Positions 8,628 to 18,835 of a stretch of 64,000 nt of DNA are shown piece by piece. Position numbers and translations under genes: made by a program. Below the pieces are notes generated by a model, which was not told where the DNA came from, searched no databases, and saw nothing but the letters and a program-made list of their open reading frames with translations. How positions within the stretch are numbered: the stretch's first letter is position 1; each line of letters opens with the position of its first letter. The stretch comes from an uncultured Clostridia bacterium. GTDB taxonomy: Bacteria > Bacillota_I > Bacilli_A > RF39 > UBA660. The stretch is taken from NCBI GenBank assembly GCA_946409545.1, contig CAMJWT010000005.1, positions 9,708 to 73,707 on the forward strand, read 5' to 3'.

Positions 8628-11600
8628 TTAATGTATTTTAGTTACTTTCCAATACATATATCTTCCTGGAGTTCCAGAAGAACCTATTCTAGTATCAGAC
8701 ATATCAATAGAATAAACGGTATATGTCGTTGGAGGTATATAATGATAATTACTGTTTATTATAACTGGTGCAATTGCAAATATTAATTTTTTATCTGGAT
8801 GGGCTACGCCTCTATTTTCGGCTTTAGATAACCATTCAAACTCAAAAGCAATATCAGTTGTAGATTCAACTGCACTACTTGAAGGACGTATGAAATACCA
8901 TTTATTTAATGTTGTTTGTTCAGGAATCTTATATTTAGTAAATGACTTCTTATTGAAATCATTAAAGACTATACCTTGTCCTAAACTAGTTAATTCATTA
9001 TCAGATGTAAATGCATAATTTGGAGCAAGGGCATTTCCTGTTGGGAATTTACATGAATTAGCAACAGAACTGATAGATGGATTAGATGATGAAGATGTAT
9101 AATAACAGAACATAAGAGCTCCATATTTAACATTTCCTTTAATTGTTTCGAAACCAATTACAGGTATATTTCCATTATTTAATACACCACCATAGTTACT
9201 TGCGCCTTTAAATAAACTAATAGAACTTATTTTAGCTGTACAATTGTCTTTATTACTACTTCCTTCATAGAAGTATGAATATTCACTAGTTTTAGCCATA
9301 TATGCTCCCCAAGTGAACATACTATTGCTCTTTTTAATAAAGCATCCTGTTTGTTCACCATCATATTGACCTTTTCGATTAATATATCTTTGACATTGTT
9401 CTTTAGTTACACCACTAATTTTTGTATATCCAGTTCCACCACTAGTTGTCTTACAAAGACCATTTGACATACAGAAGCAACCTTCTTCTGCCGGTTGTAC
9501 TGCTTTAATTGTAATAGTTCGACTACCACATTCTTTATCATTATGAGTTGAATCACCTTTAATTCTTACATAAACCGTTGTTGTACCAACATCTTTTCTA
9601 GTGGGTTTAGTTGTTGACCATGTACCTGATGTAGAAGTACGGTATTCAATAGTTCCACCACTTCCACCTGATACGGTAATAGAATGATCTTTTCCATCAT
9701 AATAACCATCATAAGAATTCATTGTTGTTGGACAAGTAGGATCAGTTTTAGTTGGTGCTGATTGACAATTACTTCGTTCAACATGTGACATATATGCATA
9801 ATTACTCTTATTCATATAACTACCCCATACACGGTTACCATTATATATAAAGCATCCCTGATTTCCATTTCCTATATATCTTTCACATTCGTTTTTATCA
9901 TCGGGAATAGAAACTGATACAGTATAACCTGTTCTAGCTTGTCCCCATATACATTGTCCACTTGAATTACAATAACATCTATCACTTGGATTTTTAGCAA
10001 GACAATCACTTTGTCTTGTTATACCAGATTGATAAATATATGTTTCTGGTACAGAGAAATTTGATCCCCAATAATAGTTGTTTCCACTATCTTTGAAACA
10101 TAAATATCCTTGTTTAGCAGCATTACACCATTCTTTTTTATCTAAGGCTTTTGCTTGAACAACATTCGTTGCATTTGTAGGTTTAGTTCCCCAAGTAAAG
10201 TTTGTTCCAACACCTTGACTACTAGAACTTACATAACAATGTTCTTCGTTTGCTGGTGGACTAACTGGTGTACCAACTTTAACATATTTTATTACTTTAG
10301 CACCTTCTGTATTATTGTATATAGGGATAAATTCATAGAAATAAGTACCAGGAGTATTTAACGTAAATGAATAAGTGCCACTTGATAAAGATTGTGTGCT
10401 ATAAGAAGAACAACTTCCACCAATTGGTGCATGACAATATTTAAATTTATCAACATTACCAGTTTTAGTAACAACAATAGCAGCAGCAGGTCTTGCATTA
10501 GCTTCTGCTCTATCTTGACTATCATATACTCCACTAATTATAAGCTCACCTACATCTGATGAAGGTGGATTAACTGGATCATCTGGCGGATTAACCGGAT
10601 CATCTGGTGGATTATCACTAGGAGTACTACCAGCTTTTATTGTTACATATCTAACTATTTCTTGACCTTTTTTTCCTTGATAAACAGGAACTATTTTAAA
10701 TACATATACTTTCTTACTAGTTACTGTTACTTCTGGCAGATTAATAGGGTCCATATATATGTTTTGTGGAGTACAATTAGAACTTACTGCCTTATCATAT
10801 TTACAATATCTTATTTCTTCAACATTACCACTAGGAGTCATTGTAACAGTTGTATTTTCAACTTCAATTCCAGGTAATTCCGTTGAAACTGAATTATTAG
10901 TACCAGTAACAATTACGGTTCCAACAGTAACCGTTTCACCACCACCGTTACCGCCATCATTACCTCCATTATTACCACCATCATCAGTTGGTGGAACATA
11001 ACTTGTGTCTTCATTAACCGTAACATAAATTGTTTTCTTTATTTCTAAATTAGAACTTGGTGATACTGTAATAGTTGTACTACCACTACCAATTGCAGAA
11101 ATATTGCCATCATTATCAACACTAACAACTGATGGATTATCAACTAAATATGTAACTACTTGATTAGTAGCATTACTTGGTTCAACAGTAGCAACTATTT
11201 TCTTTTGGTCGCCAACATTCATTGTAATATTTTCTTCACTTGATAAATTAATTCCTGTAACAGGAACAGTTCCTGATTTAACACGAACAACCATTGTATC
11301 TTTTAGTCCCATTGATACAATTGCAACTTCAATATTTCCAGGTTTTTTTGCAATTAATTCACCATTAAATACTGTAGCAACTTCTTCATCAGCACTTACC
11401 CATATAACATAATCAGTACTTGCTTCAGCAGGTTCTTGATGATATGTTAATGTCTTCGTTTCACCTTCTGTTAAAGTTATTTCTTTTTCATCAAAAGCAA
11501 TACTAGTAGGAATGGTATAAATACCTGGAGTAATTTGACTTTCTACTACTTTTATTTTAATACTTGCCATTTTTTCAGCATCATTAACAGCTACTCTTAT

Positions 11601-12215
11601 CATAGCTTCACCTTTAGCGTTAGCTGTAATTAAACCTGTATTAATATCAATACTTGCAATCTCAGGTTTACTTGACGCAAATATTTTATTTTTAGGTCTT
11701 GCTTCAGGAGGTGTCATTTGAATAGGTACCTGATAAGTTGAGCCAACTGGCATTATAATAGTACCAGATTCTGAGAATTTAAGGCTTTCAACTTTTAAGT
11801 TTGGATCCCCTTCTGTAACGGTAACTTCACATTCATATTCATGACCATCATATTTACCAATTACAGTAGTTTTACCAACTTTTACGCCTTTGATAACACC
11901 TGTTTTATCAACAGAAACAATTGATGGATCTTTACTAGTCCATACAACACCTGTTACTTCTTTACCATCTTTCATCAATTTTAATTGATTTCCTGTATCC
12001 GTTGTAACCGTTAAAGTTTTCTCTGATATTGTAATACCTGTATTATTACTACCTCCACCAGAGAATGCAATCATTAATATTATTAATAATAAAACAACAA
12101 CTAGAACAATTACTAACTTTGTATTTTCTTTTATAAAATTCATTAGTTTGTCCATACCTGATGCATTACTTTCCGATCTTTTATCTTCTTCTAAATCGAA
12201 CTCTTCATTATCCAT
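8628..12215 (-). CDS. Large surface protein B (paralog of A and C), 1195 aa
   Basis: Same plan as A: acidic N-tail, a juxtamembrane MDKLMNFIKENTKLV motif, one TM, Big_2 repeats, a GGN/PPDDPVN linker and two-Cys modules. Three Cys-rich modules follow (variant CYVSSSSQGVGTNF.., canonical CYCNSSGQCIW.., divergent CFCMSNGLC..), then a C-terminal domain shared with C. Confidence 0.75.
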   Translation of the reverse strand: MDNEEFDLEEDKRSESNASGMDKLMNFIKENTKLVIVLVVVLLLIILMIAFSGGGSNNTGITISEKTLTVTTDTGNQLKLMKDGKEVTGVVWTSKDPSIVSVDKTGVIKGVKVGKTTVIGKYDGHEYECEVTVTEGDPNLKVESLKFSESGTIIMPVGSTYQVPIQMTPPEARPKNKIFASSKPEIASIDINTGLITANAKGEAMIRVAVNDAEKMASIKIKVVESQITPGIYTIPTSIAFDEKEITLTEGETKTLTYHQEPAEASTDYVIWVSADEEVATVFNGELIAKKPGNIEVAIVSMGLKDTMVVRVKSGTVPVTGINLSSEENITMNVGDQKKIVATVEPSNATNQVVTYLVDNPSVVSVDNDGNISAIGSGSTTITVSPSSNLEIKKTIYVTVNEDTSYVPPTDDGGNNGGNDGGNGGGETVTVGTVIVTGTNNSVSTELPGIEVENTTVTMTPSGNVEEIRYCKYDKAVSSNCTPQNIYMDPINLPEVTVTSKKVYVFKIVPVYQGKKGQEIVRYVTIKAGSTPSDNPPDDPVNPPDDPVNPPSSDVGELIISGVYDSQDRAEANARPAAAIVVTKTGNVDKFKYCHAPIGGSCSSYSTQSLSSGTYSFTLNTPGTYFYEFIPIYNNTEGAKVIKYVKVGTPVSPPANEEHCYVSSSSQGVGTNFTWGTKPTNATNVVQAKALDKKEWCNAAKQGYLCFKDSGNNYYWGSNFSVPETYIYQSGITRQSDCLAKNPSDRCYCNSSGQCIWGQARTGYTVSVSIPDDKNECERYIGNGNQGCFIYNGNRVWGSYMNKSNYAYMSHVERSNCQSAPTKTDPTCPTTMNSYDGYYDGKDHSITVSGGSGGTIEYRTSTSGTWSTTKPTRKDVGTTTVYVRIKGDSTHNDKECGSRTITIKAVQPAEEGCFCMSNGLCKTTSGGTGYTKISGVTKEQCQRYINRKGQYDGEQTGCFIKKSNSMFTWGAYMAKTSEYSYFYEGSSNKDNCTAKISSISLFKGASNYGGVLNNGNIPVIGFETIKGNVKYGALMFCYYTSSSSNPSISSVANSCKFPTGNALAPNYAFTSDNELTSLGQGIVFNDFNKKSFTKYKIPEQTTLNKWYFIRPSSSAVESTTDIAFEFEWLSKAENRGVAHPDKKLIFAIAPVIINSNYHYIPPTTYTVYSIDMSDTRIGSSGTPGRYMYWKVTKIH

Positions 12216-12292
12216 ATATTACTCCTCTATTATAATTTTATTACATCTTCACAATTTAGACAATATATACACCAAAAAATTAATGTAAACAA

Positions 12293-12316
12293 AAAGACTT
12301 ATTTGAATAAGTCTTT
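12293..12316 (-). terminator. Intrinsic terminator after surface protein C
   Basis: Hairpin AAAGACTTAT-ttga-ATAAGTCTTT 3' of the stop at 12321, with flanking A/T runs. Confidence 0.65.
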
Positions 12317-12320
12317 TTTA

Positions 12321-15300
12321 TTAATTAGTATATGTACTACCGAATATAGTATCCGTTAAATCCGTAATAGTCCAATCACTAAATCGATTAAAATTATCTT
12401 TATTTCCACTTACGCGTCCTATTTTTATTCTATATACACTATAACCCGAAGTTGCACTTAAGTGGTTCGTCGAAGAGTGATATGGTGAAAATACAAAGAT
12501 GATATTTTCACTATTAGAACCTTTATCTTTCAAGTCAGAATCAGAAATATAACCAAATTCATAAGCAAGTAAATTGGTAGATGTTCCATAACTTGTTCCC
12601 GTAGCCTTATACACTTTTTCACGATCGGTTAATTTAAAGGTTGTATAATCAGCTACTCCATTAACAAACTTTCGATTATAAGGACTAATAGACGTAGAAC
12701 TTCTAGTTAAATCACATTTTGATGCAATTTCTTCTTTTGTTGGAGTACCATTTGCTCTTGTATAATAACAAAGTAACATACCATTATGTATAGCCGATGC
12801 ATGTAACATAGTAAACGCAATCATTGGATAACTATTTGGAGATAATACATTACCATTATAATAATTATTCATGAAATTATTACTTAAATGTCTACCATAG
12901 AATACGAAACTTAATCCACCATTATATGTTTTAGAAAGGGTTTTTCCATTTGTTAAAGTTGCTGTTACAACTGTATTTGAACCAACACCTTCTAATCTAG
13001 CTATTCCTTTTTGGCTATCAGTAAATCTTAATATTGTATTATCATTACTTTTCCATGTAACACCAGTTTGACAAGCACTTGCTGGGGTTGAAGTACAAGA
13101 GAAATGATATGAACCATCATTTCTACTAATTTTATAATCAATTGAAGTTATTTCGGCAGCAGTATTTTCACATTCACTTCGTGTTTGTTTACCACTAACA
13201 TAAGTATAACTTGTTGAAGTTGAGAAATTACTTCCCCAGAAATACTTACCTGATGAATTTTTAAAGCATAAATAACCTGCTCTAGCACTATTACATTTTG
13301 CTGGAGTATCTAAAGCCTTAGCTTCTACTTGTCCACTCGTTGCAGTAGCATTGGTCCAAACAAAATTAGTACCAACTCCTTGACTACTTGCATTAACCAA
13401 GCATCGTGATGGATTAGAAGCTTCACAATTTTCTGGCTTTGTAATAGTAGATATATAGGCATAATTTGTTGGATTTCCCATAAAACTACCCCAAATTTTC
13501 TTACCGCTATCATACGTAAAGCAACCTTCATTACCTCGATTAATATAATCTTTACATGCTGATTCTGAAACATTAGCAAGAACGGTATATCCACTTCCAC
13601 TAGTACCCCATCGACATGTTCCACCTGTTGTACAATAACAATTACTTGATTGTACCGGAGCATCTATATATACAAACCATGGATCTGGACCACGAACTAA
13701 CGAACCAGATGAATTATATTCTGAAACACGTACAGTTATCATTCCTGTACCAGTAACTGTAAATGTTCCATTATCATTAACTCTTGTTAGTGGTGTGCAA
13801 CCAGTACCTTTACATACTTTTAAATAACTTGTATTACTACTTCTAATATCAAAAGTTACTCTTTGATCACCTTTTTGATGATAACTATTAGCTGTTCCTT
13901 GATTATCAAATAAATTACCTGAAGTAACAGTATATCCTTTAGTTAAAGGTTGTGGTGTACTTCTTGGTTTTATAGTTACATATCGAGTTATTTCAGTACC
14001 TTTTTTATTTTTATAGTAAGGTACTGCTTTAATAACATATGTTGTTTTTGTTGTTACTGTTCCTGGTGGAAGTTCAAAATCATATGAATATATATTTGTT
14101 GGTGTACATGATGAAGATGAGGATTTATTGTAATAACAGAATCTTATTTCATCAACATTTCCATTACCAGTCATTGTTATTTTCGTATTTAATACTTCAT
14201 TTCCACCTTCTGACATGGATACAGCATTATTAGTTCCAACGACTGATACTGTTCCAACTTTCTCTTCAGGAGTTGGCGTTGGTGTAGGTGTAGGAGTTGG
14301 TGTTGGTTGTTCATTTACAGTTACATTAACTGTTTTATAAATACTTGGATTAGAACTTGATGCAACAGTAATTGTTGTTACGCCACTATTTAATGCTTCC
14401 ACAATTCCTTCACTATCAACACTAACAATAGTTGGATTATTTGCTGAATAAGTAATTACTTTATTAGTTGCATCATTTGGTTCAACAGAAGCAACTATTT
14501 TCTTTGTATCCCCAACTCTCATTATTAAATTATCATCAGTAAATAATCTAACACCTGTTACATCAACGATTCCTTTGTTAACATGAACCATCATTGAATC
14601 TTTTAATCCAACAGATGTTACGGATATTTCAACGTCACCTGGCATTTTAGCAACTAATTCACCATTGTAAACAGAAGCAATTTCTTCATTACTACTTATC
14701 CATACAACATAATCAGTAATAGCTTCAGCTGGCTCTTGGGTATATGTTAATTGTTTAGTTTCACCTTCAATCATTGTTATATTTTTTTCATTTAAAGTTA
14801 ATCTTGTCGGAATGACATATATTCCTGCAGTAACTGGTCCATCCATAACCATTAATTGAATAGTAGCTAACTTTTCTCCACTATTTACCAAAACAGTAAT
14901 TGTTGCCGTACCGCTAGTTTTTGCTGTAATAATTCCGGAAGTCTCATCAATCGAAGCAACACTTGGATTACTTGATGAAAAGACTTTATTATTAACTTTG
15001 GCTTCCGCTGGTGTTACTTCAATAGGAACTTCAAAAGTATCACCAACACTCATTAAAATCGTTCCCTTTTCGGAAATGACGACTTTTTCTACTTTGATAG
15101 ATGGATCTCCTTCACTTACCGTAACTTCACACTCATAATCTTTTTTATTATAAGTTCCAACAACTGTTGCTTTTCCAAGAGATACCCCTTTTACAGTACC
15201 ATCTTTTTCTACTATCGCAATTTCTTCTTGTTTACTCATCCATTCAACTTTTGATGATTCAACAATCTTATCATCTTCTAAAATAAATAATTGTTTACTT

Positions 15301-15542
15301 GAATCAACAGTAACAGTTAATTCTTCATTACTAATCTTTACATTGGTCTTTGTCTCTTCACCATTATTAGACATAAGACCCATAATTATTAAAAGTAAGA
15401 TTACAACACCACCAACAATAACAAGTTTTTTATTTTCTTTCATAAAATTCATGAACTTATCCATGCCAGTTTGTTCAGTGTTGTATTCTTCTTCACCACC
15501 TTCTAATCCTTCCTCTTCTTCATATTCATAGTCGTTCCCCAT
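12321..15542 (-). CDS. Large surface protein C (paralog of A and B), 1073 aa
   Basis: Acidic N-tail, MDKFMNFMKENKKLV plus a TM, Big_2 repeats, a (TP)n linker and a two-Cys module (IRFCYYNKSSSSSCTP). It carries a canonical six-Cys module (CYCTTGGTCRWGTSGSGYT..RGNEGCF..WGSFMG), a variant module (CLVNASSQGVGTNF..GYLCFKNS..) and a C-terminal domain homologous to that of B. Confidence 0.75.
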   Translation of the reverse strand: MGNDYEYEEEEGLEGGEEEYNTEQTGMDKFMNFMKENKKLVIVGGVVILLLIIMGLMSNNGEETKTNVKISNEELTVTVDSSKQLFILEDDKIVESSKVEWMSKQEEIAIVEKDGTVKGVSLGKATVVGTYNKKDYECEVTVSEGDPSIKVEKVVISEKGTILMSVGDTFEVPIEVTPAEAKVNNKVFSSSNPSVASIDETSGIITAKTSGTATITVLVNSGEKLATIQLMVMDGPVTAGIYVIPTRLTLNEKNITMIEGETKQLTYTQEPAEAITDYVVWISSNEEIASVYNGELVAKMPGDVEISVTSVGLKDSMMVHVNKGIVDVTGVRLFTDDNLIMRVGDTKKIVASVEPNDATNKVITYSANNPTIVSVDSEGIVEALNSGVTTITVASSSNPSIYKTVNVTVNEQPTPTPTPTPTPTPEEKVGTVSVVGTNNAVSMSEGGNEVLNTKITMTGNGNVDEIRFCYYNKSSSSSCTPTNIYSYDFELPPGTVTTKTTYVIKAVPYYKNKKGTEITRYVTIKPRSTPQPLTKGYTVTSGNLFDNQGTANSYHQKGDQRVTFDIRSSNTSYLKVCKGTGCTPLTRVNDNGTFTVTGTGMITVRVSEYNSSGSLVRGPDPWFVYIDAPVQSSNCYCTTGGTCRWGTSGSGYTVLANVSESACKDYINRGNEGCFTYDSGKKIWGSFMGNPTNYAYISTITKPENCEASNPSRCLVNASSQGVGTNFVWTNATATSGQVEAKALDTPAKCNSARAGYLCFKNSSGKYFWGSNFSTSTSYTYVSGKQTRSECENTAAEITSIDYKISRNDGSYHFSCTSTPASACQTGVTWKSNDNTILRFTDSQKGIARLEGVGSNTVVTATLTNGKTLSKTYNGGLSFVFYGRHLSNNFMNNYYNGNVLSPNSYPMIAFTMLHASAIHNGMLLCYYTRANGTPTKEEIASKCDLTRSSTSISPYNRKFVNGVADYTTFKLTDREKVYKATGTSYGTSTNLLAYEFGYISDSDLKDKGSNSENIIFVFSPYHSSTNHLSATSGYSVYRIKIGRVSGNKDNFNRFSDWTITDLTDTIFGSTYTN

Positions 15543-15621
15543 ATATTACTCCTCTATTATCATTTTATTACAAATTATTGAAGATAACAACAAATAAAAA
15601 AAATAAACATCAATAAGATGT

Positions 15622-15879
15622 CTATTTATCAAACTTATCAGCTACAGAATTAATTCTTTGTAAACTAAATCGATATTTTTGTTTAACTTTAGGATACTTT
15701 TCATGATCTACTTCTGATAAAAACATATCAAGAGGTCTTATCCATAAACCCATATCACCATATAATCTACGATAAATAACATATTCTTCTTTCGTTTCTG
15801 AATGTAAACATTTATCTATTACTAAATAATAGTCTCCTTTAAAATGACGATAAATTCCATTAATTTTTAACTTTCTCAC
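15622..15879 (-). CDS. DUF1653 family protein
   Basis: GIYRHFKGDYY..YVIYRRLYGD..LWIRPLDMFLSEVD is the DUF1653 signature. The likely start is the GTG at 15879, 5 nt after a GGAGG that sits inside the longer tracked ORF. Confidence 0.65.
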   Translation of the reverse strand: MRKLKINGIYRHFKGDYYLVIDKCLHSETKEEYVIYRRLYGDMGLWIRPLDMFLSEVDHEKYPKVKQKYRFSLQRINSVADKFDK

Positions 15880-15908
15880 AAATACCTCCAAAGATATTAT
15901 ACAAAAAA

Positions 15909-15931
15909 AAGATGATTTATTAAATCATCTT
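15909..15931 (-). terminator. Intrinsic terminator ending the zinc-ribbon/protease operon
   Basis: Hairpin AAGATGATTT-att-AAATCATCTT directly 3' of the stop at 15939. An A-run on the plus strand gives a U-run on the minus strand. Confidence 0.6.
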
Positions 15932-15938
15932 TACTTTT

Positions 15939-17207
15939 TTAATATACTTCTTCTACTGTAACATCAGCGTATGCAAATTCTTCTACATAATCTGCAACAT
16001 CGCCAGTACTTTTAGCCTCACCATCAACAAGGAAGTTTCTAGGATCTACTTTTTCAATACCTTCTGTTTCCATGTTATGAGAACCAGTATATTCACCAGA
16101 TAAACTAATCTTTAATACTTCATCAAGATTTGCTTGAGTTGGTAATACTGATGTTGGATTATTATAAATTGTTAGAGCAAGTAACTTAGATGCTCCAAGT
16201 GGTACATATATTGCATATAATGATTCTCCACCTTGTTTGATAGTGAATAAATGATATTTTGTACCAGAATAATCTTTTTCACCTTTATAATCCATTGTAA
16301 ATCCTTGACTTGTACCATTGCTAACTACTTTTTCAGGAGAAATTTGTGAATAAGAATAATCCATCAATTTCATATAGAATCCAAATGTACCATCATCAAT
16401 ATTTAACATTCCACTTTCAGTTTTAACCATAAACTTAGTTGGAACTTCAAATGTATAACCAGAGAAATCTACTTTCTTAGTACTAACAGCTACTGGATTA
16501 TCATTTCCTCCATCATTTCCATCATCATCGTTATTAGTTAAAGCTTTATATCCAAAATATCCACCTACAGCAAGACCAAGTATTAATAAAATAATTAATA
16601 CGACTTTCATTGCTCCGCCTTTACTTTCTGGTTCTGGAGCAATTGGTGCATTATTCATAGGCATTCCTGGAACTGGAGCTGGTGTCGTTGGTTTTGGTGG
16701 CATTGGCATAGGCATAGGTTTAGCATTAGCTACCATACCATTTGGTTTAGGAGGCATTCCATTATTTGGAGCTGGTTTATTACCTGGCATTCCATTATTT
16801 GGAATTGGTTTATTACCTGGTAAACCATTATTTGGAATTGGTTTATTACCTGGCATTCCATTATTATTTACATTAGGTTTAATTCCTGGCATTGGGCCTA
16901 GAACTTGTGTTTCTCCCAAATTCATTCCATGATTAGGCTTTGGACCTAGATTGTTATTAGGTTGATTCATTGGCTTTACAGGTCCTGGTCCTACTGGTCC
17001 ATTAACTTTAACCGGAGTTGGTGGTTCCACCTTAACTGGAGTTGGAGTTGGATTCATAGGTTGATTTGAGATAGGTTTAGGCATTGGAGCTGGTCCTTGT
17101 GGATTAGCTGGCATACCTACATTATTATTTTTTTGAACTGGTGTTCCACATAATTTACAAAACTTGTCCTCTGGAACTAAAGGACTTCCACAATTTTTAC
17201 AATTCAT
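15939..17207 (-). CDS. Zinc-ribbon / Pro-rich linker / TM / extracellular domain protein
   Basis: I trimmed the ORF to MNCKNCGSPL..CKLCGTP (a CxxC..CxxC zinc ribbon) with a GAGAGG RBS. It continues with a long P/N/G-rich linker containing tandem NNGMPGNKPIP units, a TM (VVLIILLILGLAVGGYFGY) and a ~190-aa ectodomain of unknown fold. Confidence 0.6.
   Translation of the reverse strand: MNCKNCGSPLVPEDKFCKLCGTPVQKNNNVGMPANPQGPAPMPKPISNQPMNPTPTPVKVEPPTPVKVNGPVGPGPVKPMNQPNNNLGPKPNHGMNLGETQVLGPMPGIKPNVNNNGMPGNKPIPNNGLPGNKPIPNNGMPGNKPAPNNGMPPKPNGMVANAKPMPMPMPPKPTTPAPVPGMPMNNAPIAPEPESKGGAMKVVLIILLILGLAVGGYFGYKALTNNDDDGNDGGNDNPVAVSTKKVDFSGYTFEVPTKFMVKTESGMLNIDDGTFGFYMKLMDYSYSQISPEKVVSNGTSQGFTMDYKGEKDYSGTKYHLFTIKQGGESLYAIYVPLGASKLLALTIYNNPTSVLPTQANLDEVLKISLSGEYTGSHNMETEGIEKVDPRNFLVDGEAKSTGDVADYVEEFAYADVTVEEVY
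16748..16868 (-). repeat. Tandem 33-nt coding repeat (about 3.5 units) encoding (P)NNG(M/L)PGNKP(I/A)
   Basis: The unit ATTATTTGGAATTGGTTTATTACCTGG(C/T)A(T/A)(T/A)CC recurs head-to-tail on the plus strand. Confidence 0.8.
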
Positions 17208-17218
17208 CTTACAACCTC

Positions 17219-18835
17219 TCAACTATTTTCTTCGATTATCTCAAATGAAATGATTTGTTTGACAAAATCATTGTCAATTTTTTTATCATTTCCTCGTATC
17301 TTTACACTTAAAACTTTATCATCTGGCAATTTATATGTCAATATTTTAACATTAGAAACAATGTGTTTACTGTAAAGTCCATTTGTCGATTCAACATAAT
17401 ATCCACTATAGAGTTTTACATCGTAGTTATTTATCTTAATTGCTCCTTCATATTTCATTTCTTGATATTTTCCATACTTTTTACGAGCGTTTATAGTAGA
17501 ATTCTCCTGTTCAACGGCAAAAGTCTCATTAAAATCTAAACTATATCTTACATCATATGCAAAAATATCATCATCATAGTTATAATCTTTACCAAAATTT
17601 CTTATTTCATATATATTTGTTTTATAATCTACTTCTTTAAACTCTTTAGGAATAGATACTTTAATATCATATCCTTTACTTAAAACAGATCCTCTTTTTC
17701 TTAAATAACATACATAATTATTATCAACAATTTCGCCTTTTACATAACTTGAATAGTTTTTAATATAATTAATTTTAAAACTATCAATTAATTCTCTTGA
17801 TATCTCACTATTTCTATTTGAGAATTCAACCGTCATTGTATGATTACGATCTAGAGGTTGTATTAATAAAACATTTTCGTATTTACTATCACCAAGTGGT
17901 GATTCTACAGTATAACTATTTCGATACAAATATACTTGTTTATCATTTTCGTATAAACCATATAACATTAAATTTTCTTTAAAGTCCTTATTCTTTTTAT
18001 ATCCATTATATTTTCCATAATCACCATATATTTCTCTTTGTAAATACTCATAAACATTACTTAAATAGATATTTATATTTATATATGAGTTAGCTAGATA
18101 ATCACCAAAAGCAATATAATGATATACTCCTAAATTAGAATTATAATTAATACTTTGATAATTAATTGGAATATTAAAATTAACTAAATAATTATTATTA
18201 GCAATCTCTTCTGTATATGTTTTATCTAATCCTTGATATTGTGGATTCTTTTCAACTAATTCAAATTCACTTGTTTTAATAGATAATTCATCACCTAATG
18301 AATAATCTTTATCTAATAACGTAAAATTATAAATAATATTATTTACACTATCTAGTAACATATCAAAATATTTGACATTTGCTTCAAACTTAATTATTAC
18401 AACTCTACTACCTTCTTTATAAACACCTATTTTTACATTTTTTGTTTCATTTTCATATAGTAACCAATATCCACTAAAATTATTTTTTGTAATATTGGTA
18501 CTTTTTTTAGATAACAATTGATAATTTTCATTATTTTTTTCAATTTCATATCTAATGTCATCAATTAAACTATCAATATCTAAATATACTTTTTCACTAT
18601 CAAGTTCATAAATATTAAATGATAAATTACCTTTACCATGAGATAAAACAATATGATTATCATCTCTACTCTTTATAGACCAACTATTATCATATTTAAC
18701 ATAATAATTATCAGTAGTATAATCTTTCGTTTCTGATGAAAAATTCTTATAAAAGATAATAACTGCGAATGATAATAATAACATTATTATGGAGATTATA
18801 AATATCATTTTATATTTCTTTATAAAATTCATCAT
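17219..18835 (-). CDS. N-terminally anchored extracellular protein, unknown function
   Basis: 538-aa ORF with an N-terminal TM (MIFIISIIMLLLSFAVIIFY). Its start overlaps the upstream stop (ATGA-type coupling) and its stop lies 11 nt before the next start. I recognised no motifs. Confidence 0.5.
   Translation of the reverse strand: MMNFIKKYKMIFIISIIMLLLSFAVIIFYKNFSSETKDYTTDNYYVKYDNSWSIKSRDDNHIVLSHGKGNLSFNIYELDSEKVYLDIDSLIDDIRYEIEKNNENYQLLSKKSTNITKNNFSGYWLLYENETKNVKIGVYKEGSRVVIIKFEANVKYFDMLLDSVNNIIYNFTLLDKDYSLGDELSIKTSEFELVEKNPQYQGLDKTYTEEIANNNYLVNFNIPINYQSINYNSNLGVYHYIAFGDYLANSYININIYLSNVYEYLQREIYGDYGKYNGYKKNKDFKENLMLYGLYENDKQVYLYRNSYTVESPLGDSKYENVLLIQPLDRNHTMTVEFSNRNSEISRELIDSFKINYIKNYSSYVKGEIVDNNYVCYLRKRGSVLSKGYDIKVSIPKEFKEVDYKTNIYEIRNFGKDYNYDDDIFAYDVRYSLDFNETFAVEQENSTINARKKYGKYQEMKYEGAIKINNYDVKLYSGYYVESTNGLYSKHIVSNVKILTYKLPDDKVLSVKIRGNDKKIDNDFVKQIISFEIIEENS

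Noticed and set aside
10155-11001. Plus-strand ORFs antisense to surface protein B (10155-10361, 10662-10877, 10759-11001). Similar antisense ORFs occur at 14039-14233, 15343-15531 and 17797-17982.
   Set aside because: They are antisense to strongly supported genes and have no RBS. Their composition (poly-Pro/Leu/Ser or Ile/Phe/Tyr-rich) is what the reverse complement of the real frames is expected to give.
16748-16868. Short direct repeats here and at 23600-23890, which could be mistaken for a CRISPR array or satellite.
   Set aside because: The units are contiguous with no unique spacers. They are in frame inside long ORFs and encode Pro/Gln/Asn-rich linkers. No cas genes are present in the window.
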